From contig NC_090378.1 of the NCBI RefSeq assembly GCF_036365525.1, positions 98,514,116 through 98,578,115 of the forward strand: a stretch of DNA of 64,000 bases. Reading direction: 5' to 3'. How positions within the stretch are numbered: the first letter of the stretch is position 1; each line of letters starts with the position of its first letter. Of the stretch, positions 51,032 to 64,000 are shown in pieces. Source of the DNA: Heterodontus francisci. Taxonomy: Eukaryota. The notes beneath the pieces are model-generated. The model saw only the letters and a program-made list of their open reading frames with translations. It was not told the DNA's origin and searched no databases. The position numbers and the translations under genes are program-made.

Positions 51032-51818
51032 TGCAAAAAGGACGGTGAGGAGAGAGACAAAATGTCTGCTAATATCCCAACAAGAACCAAGACCCAGGAA
51101 ATTTAAAAAAGGAACTACCTGTGTTCTCAGCAAGCAATGAAATACTGCTAACTGCTATGTTTGAATGACTGACTGACATGTGACAAGCCCCTCCCCATCT
51201 GTGGTTTACAGCTGGTGTTTTCTCTACAGCAGAGAAGCAACTGGATTCTAGCATGAGCAGACCCTAAGTGGGAGTCCCTCTCTCTCGCTTTCTCTCCATT
51301 CCAGCTTGAAAGCTTCAAATCCTGTTTGTTGACTGACCACCTTTGCATACTCCGGCAACAACCCGAAATCCTGTTGAAGAAAATTATCGGCGTTGTTTTC
51401 TACAAGAGACCCACCCAACCAGTCATCTACCTCTTCAAACCAAAAGCCTCAGGACCACTGAATTCAGCTAGAAGCCAGCTGAATCACCAAAACTTCACAG
51501 ACTGTATACCTTTTTATGGCCTCTAACTCAACTTTTCCCCACTCTAACTTATTTGTGTGCGTGTAAACCTCTGTGTGAGACAGTGAAAGGTGGCACGCAT
51601 TTACTATTTTTATTAGTTTGGTTTAGGTATAATAAAGTTAATCTCGGTTTGTTAAACTCAAGAAAACCTGTCCGATTCATTGGTTCTGGTTATGATCATC
51701 GCAAGTAAACACCTACTGCATTGGCCAGTACATCCACTTTAAGAATTAAACTTGTTGTAGTCGAACAAGGACAGGAAAGAGAGGGAAGCCTTTGACTCCT
51801 CCTCACATGACCGTAACA
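51032..51818 (+). mobile_element. Solo-LTR-like element (about 790 bp)
   Basis: TG...CA ends (3' end ccgtaaca), subterminal inverted gtgaggag/ctcctcac, and AATAAA near 51631. Confidence 0.6.
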
Positions 51819-52414
51819 ATCATCCTACACTTTCTTCCTTCTCCTTGCATCCTCACTCTTGATAATTCAAGACTCATTGCACCATCTCTTCATTTCAACT
51901 CATGTCAAAATTGTGGGACTCCTTCCTACAGTCTCGACTTTGCTTGGTTTAAAAAGTGAAGTCTGACATTAGGTAATGAATGTGAGATTGGCTCTTATGC
52001 TCTTTTCAACCTTGGCTATATCCTGCATTACAGGCATTGGTTGTTAGTCTAGGTTTTACCATTTTAAAAAGTGATCCCCCAGAGTAGCACAAAGGATCGA
52101 AACTGCTTTTCCCTACAATTATTGTTATTAAATACTGAATGGTTTAACTCAAAATATGAGCAGAGCTTCATCACATGCTCCAACACATGTGGTGACTCAA
52201 TTGTTTGTTTACATTAAGTCTAGCTGGGATACAATAATTGTAAATTATATATTCCAGAGAGATCAGGACACTGCAGGGAGGAATATAGAACAAATCACTG
52301 ATACTTTGTAGATCTGAATACCAATTATCTAATTATCCAAAAAAGCGCACAAAAAGCCAGAACAGCATGCATTGATATAGTGGCTTTCATTACTTCATGA
52401 AATAAACAAAGTAC

Positions 52415-52560
52415 CAGAAACAAAAAAACTCAGCACATCAGGGAGCATCTGCAAAGAATGTTTCAAGACTGATGACCCTACCTTCCTCTCACCACAGGCA
52501 CTTCCTGACCTGCTGAGTGTTTATAGCATTTTCAGGATTCAAGCATCTGTAGCACTTTTC
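52415..52560. mobile_element. Decayed Penelope-like fold-back repeat
   Basis: actcagcacatcagggagcatctg versus cctgacctgctgagt, the same geometry as 10390-10556. Confidence 0.55.
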
Positions 52561-52599
52561 ATTGAAAGTATTTTTCAATTGCAATACAATTCCGTTGGC

Positions 52600-52915
52600 A
52601 AATACCACAGCCAATTTGTATACACCAAAGTCTCAAACAGCAATAGGATAAATGACCAGTTAATACGTTTTATGTTGGTTGTTAGATAAATGTTGGACAA
52701 AGCACAGAACTTCCCTACTCCTATTCAATTGGTGCCCCTGATTCTTCTACATCTACCTGCACAACAGGCAGAAGGGGAACTCTGTTTAATGTTTCATCTG
52801 AAAGCAGCACATCAGGCAATGCAGCACTCCTTCAGGATGAAATGTCAACTTAAATTATGTGCTGAAATCAAGTGAAACCCACAACCTTCTGACTGAGAAG
52901 AGAGAGAGTGCCATC
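52600..52915 (-). mobile_element. Decayed SacSINE1-like SINE
   Basis: cagccaatttg...gataaatgttgg...gaaacccacaaccttctgact. Confidence 0.7.
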
Positions 52916-53699
52916 AGAGGTAACCTGGACATAATTTATAGCATGATGGAGAGCACTTAGTTTGGTTAGGTGTAAAGGGGATCATTTCGATTGAAAATCT
53001 CCAAAACATTAGACTTGCTCATTTTCTTCTCTACCCACCCCACATTAAATATTTACAATTACATTTAAAATCAAAACATTCTACGAAAATTGAGTCTTCT
53101 CAAATTTCATCCACAGGCCCACCGCAGACAATAGCATGCTGTGACGTCTAGCTGACAACTCAAATCTCCCAAGCTGTTTCAACTCGTCTCTAATATGAAC
53201 ACGACTATGAATCAGAGGTTGCCTTTAGTTTAATCAAATTTGGGTTGAAGATGTTCAGTTAGTTGTGTTAAGAGATTAAACTCTGCAGGTCACTGTGCAA
53301 CCAGTTGGATGCATGTCTGTTGCCACTAAGTGTGTTCTTTCTTTCTGGCTGGTGCTGTCCTACCAAGACTCAAATTCTGCTCTTTCGGAAACGCAGTAAA
53401 TTCCTAAAGGAGGTACAAGGTGGAGTGCCGTGCACTCTTGAATTTGGAAGCTTTTATGGTCAGTTATATTTCTGGAACAGCACATCCTGAACATTCTGTT
53501 TGACTGATGAAGTATGCTTGAACAGCATCAGATAGTGATCTGACAATCCATGATCTTCTGTATTCAGTTTTTTTTTTTAATTCCCAGCATGAATTAAATT
53601 TAAAAGGTATTGAAAATATCACAATACTACTCAGGTCACTGTACATACATTACACAAAACATTAAAAAGTATATTGCAGGATTTCAACAGACCACAACG

Positions 53700-53938
53700 T
53701 ACCTTTCACAGCCCAACCCAAGAACTGTTTCCCCTCAGACCTTCCCTTTTGTTTTTCCCACCCTCCCCTTTTCACTTGCTAAAAACTTACATTTCTAACT
53801 TTTCCCAATTCTAATGAAAGGTCACAAACCTGAAACGTTAACTGTTTCTCTCTCCCCAGATGCTGCCAGACCAATGAGTGTTGCCTGCATTTTCGGTTTT
53901 ATTTATTTGAGTTCCAACATTTGTAGTATTTTGCTTTT
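53700..53938 (+). mobile_element. Penelope-like terminal repeat with hammerhead-like motif
   Basis: ttctaatgaaaggtcacaaacctgaaacgttaactgtttctctct...gatgctgccagacc...gtattttgctttt. Confidence 0.8.
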
Positions 53939-54939
53939 TCAAGAAATGCTTTAGAAGGTGTATAAATCTATGGGCAAGGCTAGACAAATATCTGGCATAT
54001 CTCATTTCTATTTAGTTTGCAAATAAATTCATATCACTTGATAAGAAACTTGAATTTGTTTTGTCAGCCTGAGTTTTCCTTAAGCAAACAAAAGATACTC
54101 ATTGTTTCCTTAAAAGTAGAGTTGTTACAATTGCATTGCTTGCTTCTTCCAAACTGGACAGGTTTTTGGCACAGGTCTCCCCAGCTGTCAGAGGAACATC
54201 AGTGTAGCCCAGTAATAGACTTTTGCCATTGCTACCTTACATATGTGCATTATCAGCTCAGGTGTCAGCAGCAGCTGCCATTCTGTCACCACCGAGGACA
54301 CTTTACTGGCAGATGTAGAATGACATCTTTACACTCACGCTTCGTTGTTTATACTGTCGGTTCCAACCTCAGGAGCATCTGTAGATAGCTGGGAAACAGG
54401 TCATGGCAACAAACTCGAGAGGGTCAGAGAACAGTGAACACCTTGGAATGGGAGAAAACAAATGAACAGAAATGGAAAATAAAAAAAAGGTGGAGGAAAA
54501 TGGTGATCCTTCTAATGGACAATACGCAACACTTACCAGGTTAGCATCACTGCTTAGTCATTGAGAGTGTAATGTAGTGTACTGTACTGTTCATCTGAGG
54601 CCACCGTACATGTTTTGGTGTAACCTGCACTGTGTGCCACTACAGTGATTCAATAAAATAGGTTGTTTACAGCAGCAATCCAGAAGGTAATGACTGTTTC
54701 TTCCAGAGATTTACAATAGATCTACAGGTGTGTGATCTTACACATTCCATTCTCAAATAAATGGATTTTTTTTGTCCTGGTAAATTTGCAAACCCCTTAA
54801 TGTGAAATCATTTACATAGTGGTGTTTGAAAGGGGGAAATATGAAACAACCAAGATTTTAGATTTAGGCAAGGTTGACTTCAACTTGATCAGAGTGTGTC
54901 TACAGTAAATTGGGCAAATCTGTTACTGGGTAAAAGATG

Positions 54940-56924
54940 ATCAGAGGAAAGCATTCAAAAAAGAATTTAATGTAATATGGAACCACTTTGTTGCTTTAAG
55001 GTGCAAGAGCTCTTCTTACCAAGAAAGAGCCATGTACAAGTAAGAGGTAAGGGACAACATAAAACTAAGAGAAAGCCTACACAAAATGCAAAAACTAGCA
55101 CAGATACACACAACTGGGAGAGAAACAAAGAACAAAAAACAGATAGGAAGAGCTCCATAAAGGGAGTACGGAAAGAAACTGGCAAGGGGCAAAACATTTT
55201 TACAATTATATTAGGAAAGACAGTAATCAGGAACAATGTGGGGCCCTTGAACTGACGATATTGTCTGTTAAAATAAGGAAATGACAGTCAGTATTTACAC
55301 TCGAGGCAGAGGAGCACATTTCAGACATCCCAAGTAAACTAATATTGAATCAGGGATGAAGTCTGATCAAAATTAATGTAAGCAAAGTAACAGGAATGAA
55401 GAAAATAATGGCACAAAAAAAAGTGGCAAATCCCGAGGACAGGATGGAAAACATTCCAAGATTTTAAATGAAATAAGAACATTGCTGATGCCCCAGTGAG
55501 CTTCCAACATTCTCTCGATTTGGGAAGCTTCTTGGGATAGGAAAATCACGCATGTCACTCTGCTATTTAAGAAAGCAGAGGGGGGAAACCAGGGAATTAC
55601 AGATCAGTTAGCCTAATGTGTTTAAAAAAAAAATTGCTGGAGTCTATAATTAATGATGGGGCTACTAAACACCTTGAAATTTTTCAGCTGATCAGAGAAA
55701 GCCAGCATGGATATGTAAGGAGTAGATCATGCCTGACAGATTCAATTGAACTTTTTGAAGAGGTGACTTAAATACCGGACAGGGGAATATCCACAGATGT
55801 TGTTTATATGAACTTCCAGAAGGCATTTGATAAAGTCCCTCATATGAGACTGTTAAAGTTGAAGCTCATGGAATTGAAGGCAAACTATTGACCTGGTAAG
55901 GAAATTGGCTGAGGGAAAGAAAAGTAGGGACAATGGACAGAATGTGACTACTGGTGTTCCACAAGGATGTGTGTCGGGGCCTCAACTATTCACCGTATTT
56001 GTTAATGACTTAGATGAGATAGAAAGCCACATAGCCAAGTTTGCCAATTACAGAAACACAGGTGGCATTGTTTGTAATTTTGTGCCTCCATCTACATTGC
56101 TAAGAGATATTGGTAGATTAAATGAAAGGACAAAACTGTGGCAAATTGATTTTAATATAGGCAAATGTGAGATCATCCACTTTGGACCTGAAAAGGATAG
56201 AACAGAGTACTTTCTAAGTAGTGAAAAGCTAGAAACAGTGGAGGTCCAAAAGGAGACTTGGAGGCACAGATCTTTAAATATCATGAACAGGTGCCAAAAT
56301 AATTAAAAAGGTTGATGGAAAAGGTTGATGAAAAGCTTCTGTCTAGAGGACTAAAACAAAGGGTAAAAGTTATGCCACAGCTATACAAAGTCTTGGTTAG
56401 CTCACCCCTGCAGTATTGTGAGCAGCTTTGGGCACCACACCTTAGGACAGATATATTGGCCTTGGGAGGAAGTGCCGTGTAGATTTACCAGAATGATATC
56501 TGGACTCCAGGGGTTAAATTACAAGGAAAAATTACACAAACTAGGATTGTGTTCCCTGGAATTTAGAAGATTGAGAGGATTTGATTGAAGGTTTCAAGAT
56601 AATCAGGGGAACTGAGAGGGTAGGTAGACAGAAACTCTGCCCTGGTTAGGGAGTCTAGGGCTAGGGGGCATAGTTTACAAAATTAGAGCCAGGCCTTTCA
56701 AAAAGCACTTCTCGACGTAAAGCATGGTAAAAGCTTGGAACTCTCTGCAAATAGCAATTGATGCTAGGTCAGTTGTTAAACGTCAAATCTGAGATTAATT
56801 TCTTTGGTTAAGAATAGTCAAAAAGATATGAGGCAGGGGGAGGGGTACATGGATTCAGACCACAGATCAGCCATGATCTCGTTGAATGGAGGAACAGGAT
56901 TGAGGGGCTAAACTCCTGTTCCTA
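54940..56924 (+). mobile_element. CR1 LINE, heavily decayed RT region
   Basis: Peptides SQHG...RSCLT, YMNFQKAFDKVPH, TGVPQGCVSGP and KFANY (KFADD). Tail gatcagccatgatctc...ctcctgttcctat. Confidence 0.9.
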
Positions 56925-57989
56925 TAAAAATCGTTTAATACTGAAGTATAGAACTTGCATGAAAATGGATCGATTTCAAAATTACACAATTGAAATAAAA
57001 TTATTGTACACTGAATTTTGAAATCTCATTGAAAGTCCCATAATATAACTATAACAAGTCATATATTTTTTTTCCAAAAAAGTCCAGAAATGGACTGGTC
57101 CTGCATTTTCCAAGTTGCAGAGTTCAAAATCACCATCAATTTGCAAAGCAGAGGCTACACACATTCCCTCAGAGAAAAGAATTATGGGGAGATTCCAGAA
57201 CTACTTATGCACACCTTCTAGCTGTTGAGCTCACAGCAGTGTTGTTAACAAAAGACTGGGAGAGTCTTCTGCCAGCTGGATCAATAATATCATGTGGCAC
57301 TCAACCGTGGAAAAGGGAGAACATATGTTTAAAATAAAAACTGTTCACGAAAAGACAAAAGTCTCCTGGTAACAGGACTCACTCAAATCTAGACCAACTA
57401 TTTATTTTGCATTGTGTAATTAAGCTTATAAAATACATATTTTACTCGACAGACAAGCTTTTAACAGGGAGAGAACGAAAGGCAGTCAAAGACAGTTTAA
57501 TACTCAAGAGGGCCAAATAAAAACATGATTTCAAAGGATGTTCCTGAAACACCTTGAGGATCGGAGAGAAAAAAAACAAGCACAAGCTTGAACAGAATTC
57601 TATTGCACCAGATCCTTCTGGTAGTTATAACATAGGGCACCAATTCAGAAAGAGCATCCTGACAGGTCTATCATGGTTTGTAAATAGCACCACTTGCAGT
57701 TTAGAGGAAGAACTGCGTTCTGTGGAGGGAAGATGGTCTGTGGACAATCCATGCAGCTCAAGGGCAGTGACTTGTGGCCCTATGAAGGCTAATGGAATAG
57801 TTAACCAGAAAATTTAATTCACCTTTACCAGTCATGACTCAGAACTCAAAAAATACAGGCTGTACCACATTCAGAGCAATGTCTAGTGAGTATGGAAAAC
57901 ACAGTTCATGACAGCTATGCCTATTTTTTATTACCATTAGGGTTGACTCTAACAAAATCACTATAGCACTGCCTGAGTGTGGGGTGATG

Positions 57990-58150
57990 GCTGATTCAGT
58001 TGCAGCTTTCAAAAGGCAATTGGATTATCTGAAGAGAAAACATTTGCAGGACCACAGGGGAAAGGCAGGGGACCAGAATTAGCTGAGCTGCTCTTAGAGA
58101 GCCAGCAAAGATACGATGGGCCGAATGGCCTCCTGTGTTGTAATCATTGT
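57990..58150 (+). mobile_element. CR1 3' tail
   Basis: Matches 17510-17680 (tatctgaagagaaaa...gatgggccgaatggcctcct). Confidence 0.75.
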
Positions 58151-58902
58151 GATGCTAAGCAAATCAGTTTTTGACTGTTTGGTTCAAGTCAGACTAAATT
58201 TATATCGCTTAGCTTTGTTCTTTGCATGTACACTTGATGCGCATGTACTAACTGCAGTCAATGCCACACAAATGTCAATGCTAGATCTCACTCATCATAA
58301 AAAGATCAAAAAGTTTATTACACACGACAGAGTCTTGTATAGATTATGAATATTGCTACAATAAAATGAATATGTATATTTTGTCCTTCCAGTTTCAATT
58401 CTCCCTACTTTACAGAAGTGTAACAAGCATGCTCAAATGTTTACTGCTATTTGTCCGTTTGAGGCTCGAGGATGGAAAACGCATTCAACATAAAACAGCT
58501 TAACCAGGCCCTCTGAAACCTATATTGTAGGTTCAAAACGTCACAGGTAGAATCCAAAATCCAACTGACTGAGTGGATAATTGAGGTTTGCATCTCATCA
58601 AACCTTCACAAATCTGCTGTCACATGGGCCTAGCTCAGAAGGTTGTGTAGCTCTTTGCGTCACAGGCCAGCCTCTATGGGTCAAGAACGACACGAAAAGA
58701 GCTTATTCCCCACTGAATCGAAGGCTTTAAGAAATCATGCCAAGTTGGAACAGTTTGTGACTTATTCACGCAAGAAGGCAGAATGCGAAATCGTATACAT
58801 AAGCTGCTGTCAGATGTGTCCAACTGATCAGGTACTTTCTGGAATATGTGATTAATGCCTACATTTTAGACCTGTTAAGAGACATTTCACAGGAAATGTT
58901 GC

Positions 58903-58948
58903 GAGAGAGAGAGAGGAGAGAGTGAGGAGAGAGAGTGAGGAGAGAGTC
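58903..58948 (+). repeat. GA-rich micro/minisatellite
   Basis: (GA)n and gaggagagagt units. Confidence 0.8.
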
Positions 58949-59356
58949 AGCACAAACCAGATCACGGTTCAGCACACAAGACAAGCTCTTTTCCATATTT
59001 TCCTGAAATAGTAAACTGCACTAAAGTTGATTTTTCCACCCCCTGTGGAACATTTGATAGAGAGTATTAAAAAAAATTGCACTTTCAATTCTTTGGCAAA
59101 CTGAAGAATGATAAGCAGTACTTAGGATTCTTTTTTCTCCAAGTCACATCATGACAACAAGCACAAGCCTACAATACAATGGTCAGTTCAAAATCCAGCC
59201 TTGTAAAAAGGAACCTAATAAATTGTAATATCATAGGCGGCAACCCCAAACCAAAAGTTAGAATAACCAAAAGTGATAACATATTTGAGTGCTATTGATT
59301 TTGTTCCATCGTATTTCAACATGCCACATAAATGCATAACAGTTTTTGCTTAATCC

Positions 59357-59500
59357 GGGTAGATCTTGAACTCACCACCCTGCACAAATAGCTGGCGTTG
59401 CAGATCGGGCACCCGTTATAGAAACTGCTCGACTCCCAGTAATTTCAAGATAATGGGAGGCAGATGCCCAATGTCAGCGGGAAGTTTTAAATACTGCCCC
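59357..59500. mobile_element. Short decayed MITE-like element
   Basis: Weak inverted termini gggtagatcttgaact / agttttaaatactgcccc. Confidence 0.35.
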
Positions 59501-61809
59501 ATTGTGTGTACACATCATCTATACTGATCGCCTGGTGGGGTGCTGTCAGTTGGGAGTTTGTATTTGCAACACATGATCATGGTGTACAGTTATGCAGCGA
59601 ACATAAAATATACATGCCAAGAGCAATGAAGATCTTAAATACTTCTATGGATGATTGTTATACCAGTTCGAGGTCAAACACTCGTTTGAGATATACGCCA
59701 ATGGCAGACCAAGTTTATACTGTCAAATCAAATTCGGGGTTAGTTAACTTTACATTTTGAAAAGGTCAGGTGACAGTGGAGAAAATTAAAATTCAAAAAG
59801 TTACTAGGTCGCCCATTAGAAGTGAAACAATGAGGGCTCGACTCAACACAGTCCTACAGGATTTCCCGAAATTCAGTTTGGACTTCACACTAAATGTCGA
59901 GACGCACCTGGCATGTATGTGTAAGTGTGTGTATGAAGTTGTGCAGTAAGGCAAATTGTGTGGTCTCGCCAGCCTGTAAAAGCTGCACATGACATATACG
60001 CCAGGAGTTCTGCTGCGAGGCTGTGAAACGCATCAACCATTTCATACCAACGTGAACTTGCTTTACACGTCAGTGAACACCTGAATAACCTGCTACCCTA
60101 TAACCTGTGCAATCACTTGACGCAGAATGACAGGGGAGTAACAACAAGCCCTTCCTCATTACCTAAATCGGCATGTACGCTATACTTTACTGGCAGCATG
60201 AAGTGGTTTCACCTCCGCACTGACAGTGAGTTTGGCAGCAAGGTCAGACTCCGGACCTGACCTGGCTCCAGAGCAAGGCCGACGGAAACTTCCCTCCTCT
60301 GGGGAGTCTTTCAACTTCAGCGTGAAAGCAAGCCGGTGCCGAATTTCCACAGTACCTTCTCACTGCCACTGCACATTACTGTAAACATAGCTTTAAGCCA
60401 GTTGTTAATTTTAAAAACAACATTTTTGCATTAGTAGATACGACCCCAGGTTTAAAATAAGGAAAGTTACTAGATGTGTGTACAAATATCACTTTTAAGC
60501 TTCTAGTTTTACAAAGCCTCATTAAATATTTCCAATATTAAAATGCATTGTCCATTTTAAGTTATAAAAACAACTGCTCGAAAAACATACATTTAACTAA
60601 CTTTAAAAAAAACCTATATTTTTCTTATACTTTGCACTCCCTCGTCCCCATTTAAGCCAAGATATACTCACCAACAAAGGAAAATAAGCCATTCTTTTGG
60701 AACATATTTTGCATTTACCTCAACACGAACCATAATGAGAAGCAAATATACTGGGTTTTGTGCAAGTCATTCTAGTCACAGCTGATGCTAGATACTCCAC
60801 TCTCCCTATTTAAATCAAACTCTGTTTCGACCTCAAAGTGTGCATGCAGAGTGCTCGAACAATGCCTCTTCTTCGATTAGGAAACGCTATAAAGTTCCAG
60901 AAAAAGATGAATTCCCTTTCCGACCTTAACTAGGAGATGTTCAACAACAATTGACGGAAGTGAGCTGCTGAGCTGGTTTAATCTGCATCATGCTCCCACA
61001 CAGACTGTGTGACTCCTGCTCTGAAGGGGGAGAAAAAGCAGTGCCAAGAAACTACTCCATTTTTCGAGCAGTATTCTTAGATTTGATACAAGTACTTCTT
61101 TGTTATGATAGCCTTGTCTGAGACATCCAAGTGCCAGAAAGTCCATATTCAATAAGATTAAAAAGATGTCTAAAAGTTCTTCAATTGTATAAATTGAATT
61201 CCAAGATCTTGTCACATTCTTGAGTGGAAAAAGAGGCAACCTCAAAATACGAAAGCATTCCGAAGCGTTAGTGTCATTTTCCAAATGTAAAAACAAAGTT
61301 TTAGGATTTGTAATGCTTCTAGAGAAAGTTCAGTAGATTAATGGGGGCTTTTGGGACTGTGTTCAAATTTGGATCAATCAGCTTATCTACAGACTTTGGC
61401 AACAGCCAAATCCCATTGAAACTCAATGTAAATTAACAATTATTTCACAAAATCTATACAGCTAGTCAAATAACTTATACAGGGAATTATGCAAAAAAGC
61501 CAGCTTTCTTGTTCAGTTTGAAGATAACTAGATGTAATTTGCAAAACTTAAGCTTGTGTGCCTGGATTATCCATGCATGTACTTTTCCCTCATGACTGCT
61601 GCTGACCTGGGTTATGTCAGTTGTTTTTCTTTTCCACACCATCCAGAACCAATAAAAAGGAAAAAGTACGAACACTGATGAAGTTACAAAAAAGAGATAT
61701 CATTCCATGAAAGCACTGCTGCACTATGAACTCAATAATATTCCTTAAGCACTACACATTTAGTACTGTAACTTGAACATTTGAATATAATACAGCAAAC
61801 AGATTTAAA

Positions 61810-61956
61810 AAGAATATTTTCAAAGTTGAAATGGATACATACTTGAAAGGGAAAATATTGCAAGGCTATGGGTAAAGAGCAGGAGATTGGGACTATTTGG
61901 ATAGTTCTTTTTAGAGAGAAGCAACACGACCTACTTCTATGCCGTGTGATTCTATG
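61810..61956 (+). mobile_element. CR1 3' tail
   Basis: tggatacatacttgaaagggaaaa...gcaaggctatggg...gattctatga. Confidence 0.7.
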
Positions 61957-62799
61957 AACACTTAACAGACTCCAAATGCAACAAATGTAAGGCACTGCAC
62001 AATCTGAAGATTCCCGATGCCCCACCAAGATGCTGCAATTTAAAACAGATATCCAGCTTGGTGCCAGTACTCAAGCAAATGGCAGTCCTAATTTCTTCAG
62101 CTGACAACAAAAGGTGAATTAATACATTTAACCAATGCAAACAAAGCCAAGTATCAAAAAACCTTTGCCTTCAAACTTTAGTACTCAGATCCCAACTGCA
62201 TTGGTGTAACCAGTCCCAAACGTTGTAAGTGTTTAATTCAAAGCTACTGTGTTGGCATTCTATTGGAGCCAATCTGGGAGTGTAATAGATTTGGAAATAT
62301 AGCTTAAAGCAGTATCTGAAAAAAATTGACGTTTCAAAATTTAAATGAATTATGCTAATAGACCCAACAAGACCATATAGATAATGGGAGATGGCAATGG
62401 TTTACAGCAGAAACTAAAACCACATTAGATTAAACACCACTTCAAGTAAACTTTGTAGTTCTTGTACAAAAACAAAGGAGGTTGTTTGGAAAGGCATGTG
62501 GCTCTTGATCGTCATTCCAGTAAGTGGAAGTGGAGGAAAAAAGTTAACAGATGGCAAGAGAAGGGAAAGGAACGAGTGCAGCCCTATTAGCTTCATTCAA
62601 GACATGATCAACAATGCAATGGCAGTAATCCATTAACAGCAGTACTGATAAAGCAGCATCAACTTTTATTAATGCTTCCAAGAGACATCAGAACGACTGC
62701 AAGTTATCAGCATAGCCAAATAGCACATTAATCCCCTCCTCTTGTAGCAAAGCAGGGGATTAACCGGCTGAAATAAAGAGAGAAAGCTAAATGACCATA

Positions 62800-62910
62800 T
62801 TTATGAAAAGGTCACAGACCCCTCTCCACAGATGCTGCCCGACCTGAGTATTTCCAGCATTTTCTGGTTTTTAAATTTCAGATTTCCAGAATCTGCATAT
62901 TTTGCTTTTG
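62800..62910 (+). mobile_element. Penelope-like terminal repeat with the hammerhead region partly deleted
   Basis: atgaaaaggtcacagacc|cctctccacagatgctgcc...atttcagatttccag. Confidence 0.75.
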
Positions 62911-63923
62911 AATTGGGTGTGACTATTTGTAATCTTCCCAATCACCCTTAGCTCTGCCAAGATATGAAAGCCAGCAACAATGTTAAAATTAAGCATTTTA
63001 GCATTCTATTTGGACAAAAGAAAATTTGGAGCAGAATACACATTTAGTCATTTCCTAAATGGCAGTTACCTACAGTCACAAAAAAGGAGGAGTTGAGTTT
63101 GCTCCAGGCACTAAAACATTTCTTCTGCTGTATCAGTTCAAATTGAACTCAATAAACCTCAAGACTCCTGTGTTTCAAGTCAGCTTTGATTCCTATAAAT
63201 CTCAGTGGCTTAATCCCACTGCTCACAAATTGCTAAAAAAAGTATAAGATTACAGAAGCATATTTTTCTTCTGTTGTTCACAATCACACATCAATCCAAT
63301 TATCTCCTATATTGCTCGAATGGACCATATCACTCAAGTGCCAGCTAGAACACTTAGTTCTCTGCTATATCACGTGGGGCTGCTCCAGCTGAGACTCTTC
63401 CTGTGCATGTATTGCCTAATACATTCAGCACATGGTCTGCAGGCAATCAAGTTCCCTAGGATCGTCAAGACCTATAATCAACTCCAAGCAGATATTTCTT
63501 TTATTTTAACAAACTACCACTGGAATACAAAATATGAACGATACACAGATGTATCTAACAATGGAATTCAACAAGGTAGAACTTCACTATTCCTGTTAGC
63601 TGCAGTTGAAACCAATGATTTTTGCAGCAGCAATTGTTCAACTTCCCAGCAGTTGCCTATGCAACAAGTCCCTCTGCTCCAAAAGTAACTCATCGCTTTG
63701 TGACAGGTCAATGATGGGATTTTAAATTAATACTTAGTTATGACGGGTTATCAAAGCAGCAAGTTCATATACTGTACACTACTTTGCTGTACTCCCCCTC
63801 CAAATGAAATCCCCAACAGGCTTAAAGCCTGCATAGGAATTTAATAACTTTATAACAGAGTTCCCCTGATGAGTGAAGAACCACTGAAGGCAAGTGGGCT
63901 GAAATGTCTCTCTCTGCCACCCT

Positions 63924-64000
63924 ATGACTCGTGGTGTTCCGCAGGGATCAGTGCTGGGACTTTTGCCATTTGTAGTATATATATATATATATATAAATGA
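63924..64000 (+). mobile_element. Start of a CR1 RT fragment with an internal (TA)n expansion
   Basis: ggtgttccgcagggatcagtgctggga encodes GVPQGSVLG. The following 'YIND' codons are expanded into tatatata...aatga. Confidence 0.8.

Noticed and set aside
53305-54388. Assorted 60-120 aa ORFs in unique sequence
   Set aside because: Mostly non-ATG starts, no motifs and no splice-consistent structure. This matches random expectation.

Overview
This is vertebrate nuclear DNA, almost certainly from a shark or other elasmobranch, judged from the repeat families recognised by eye: HE1-like V-SINEs, SacSINE1/DeuSINE-like SINEs, several CR1 families and Penelope-like fragments. It is AT-rich, almost entirely non-coding, and has one assembly gap of about 500 N. 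The only credible host coding sequence is a single 65-codon minus-strand exon (6003-6197) in a CpG-enriched, promoter-like island; I cannot name the gene. The rest is intronic or intergenic and densely layered with decayed and nested transposons: CR1 and L2/CR1-group LINEs, a young RTE, SINEs, Penelope-like fragments, Harbinger- and hAT-type MITEs and solo-LTR-like pieces. Nearly all other ORFs in the track are transposon remnants or noise. The notable observations are four. (1) Four Penelope-derived copies of a minimal hammerhead-ribozyme motif, each hit at a different core base. (2) A SINE plus Penelope fold-back composite inside a single 17-bp direct repeat. (3) A hAT MITE plus LTR-like tandem punctuated by three copies of the same 10-mer. 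(4) An LF-SINE-like relic. I see no convincing new multi-gene system. Family names come from recognition, not database searches, and boundaries of decayed repeats are approximate.
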